43,300 nucleotides of DNA from NCBI GenBank assembly GCA_018656655.1, contig JABHYW010000007.1, positions 1-43,300 of the forward strand, given 5' to 3'. The position numbers were made by a program, and so were the translations under genes. Shown piece after piece: positions 43,143 through 43,300 of this stretch. This stretch comes from Candidatus Komeilibacteria bacterium. GTDB taxonomy: Bacteria; Patescibacteriota; Patescibacteriia; UBA1558; GWA2-36-10. The number at the start of each line of letters is the position of its first letter. Position 1 is the first letter of the stretch. The notes beneath the pieces are model-generated. The model did no database searches, was not told the DNA's origin, and worked only from the letters and a program-made list of their open reading frames with translations.

Positions 43143-43300
43143 TTGTTTAAAAATATTTTCTTAAGGTGTTCCCGACTAACGGCCTTGAGCCAAGTCAGAA
43201 TTACAAAATATAATAATAAAGATAATGATAAAATAAATACTATATTATATGATCTCAACGTCCAAGCTATTAAAAAACTAAAAGCTCCAGCTAAAATACT
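43139..43300 (-). CDS. partial CDS (C-terminal 53 codons) of a membrane protein, possibly a flippase/polysaccharide export type
   Basis: Hand translation is open from the window edge: SILAGAFSFLIAWTLRSYNIVFILSLSLLLYFVILTWLKAVSREHLKKIFLNK, then a TGA overlapping the next ATG. Confidence 0.4.
   Translation of the reverse strand, partial: SILAGAFSFLIAWTLRSYNIVFILSLSLLLYFVILTWLKAVSREHLKKIFLNK

Noticed and set aside
1-43300. Alternative genetic code (UGA recoding as in some CPR lineages), CRISPR arrays, transposases or integrases
   Set aside because: UGA is used as a functional stop (ATGA overlaps at 2913-2916 and 43139-43142), and long ORFs are intact under code 11. I saw no repeat-spacer periodicity and no recombinase-like ORF anywhere.

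Overview
This is an AT-rich bacterial chromosome segment, roughly 30% GC by hand counts. It is densely packed with genes, and its content and style fit a small-genome CPR/Patescibacteria-type organism (inference only; no database search was possible).

From left to right the window holds:
- A minus-strand glycosylation operon (GT2, GT-C/PMT-like, two SAM methyltransferases).
- A housekeeping block: yraN, nusA, an H+-pyrophosphatase, trigger factor and an IMPase.
- tRNA-Cys, then a small island of higher GC carrying one self-contained small gene, then tRNA-Leu and tRNA-Gly.
- polA-holA, an AlkD-like repair gene, rpsT, a RibF-like::TruB fusion, a class A PBP and tyrS.
- yebC-ruvC followed by a 7-gene alpha-glucan cluster. 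It has two GT5 glycogen synthases, GH57, two kinase-like genes, an (a/a)6 glycosidase and a GalT/HIT enzyme.
- Two large GT-C/DUF2079-type membrane proteins.
- A minus-strand envelope operon: flippase-like end, split O-antigen-ligase-like gene, galU, an orphan solute-binding protein and four tandem TrbC/VirB2-like pilin paralogues.

No rRNA, CRISPR array, transposase or integrase was seen.

The most unusual observations are:
1. The same ~40-47 nt GC-rich segment sits in-frame in two unrelated genes. One copy carries the single TAA that splits the O-antigen-ligase-like frame.
2. The pilin array includes one paralogue with a Cys-rich C-terminal module.
3. Kinase-like genes are embedded in the glucan cluster.
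4. Several GC-rich structured intergenic segments are not assigned to any RNA family.

All family calls rest on motif recognition in the supplied translations and are not search results.
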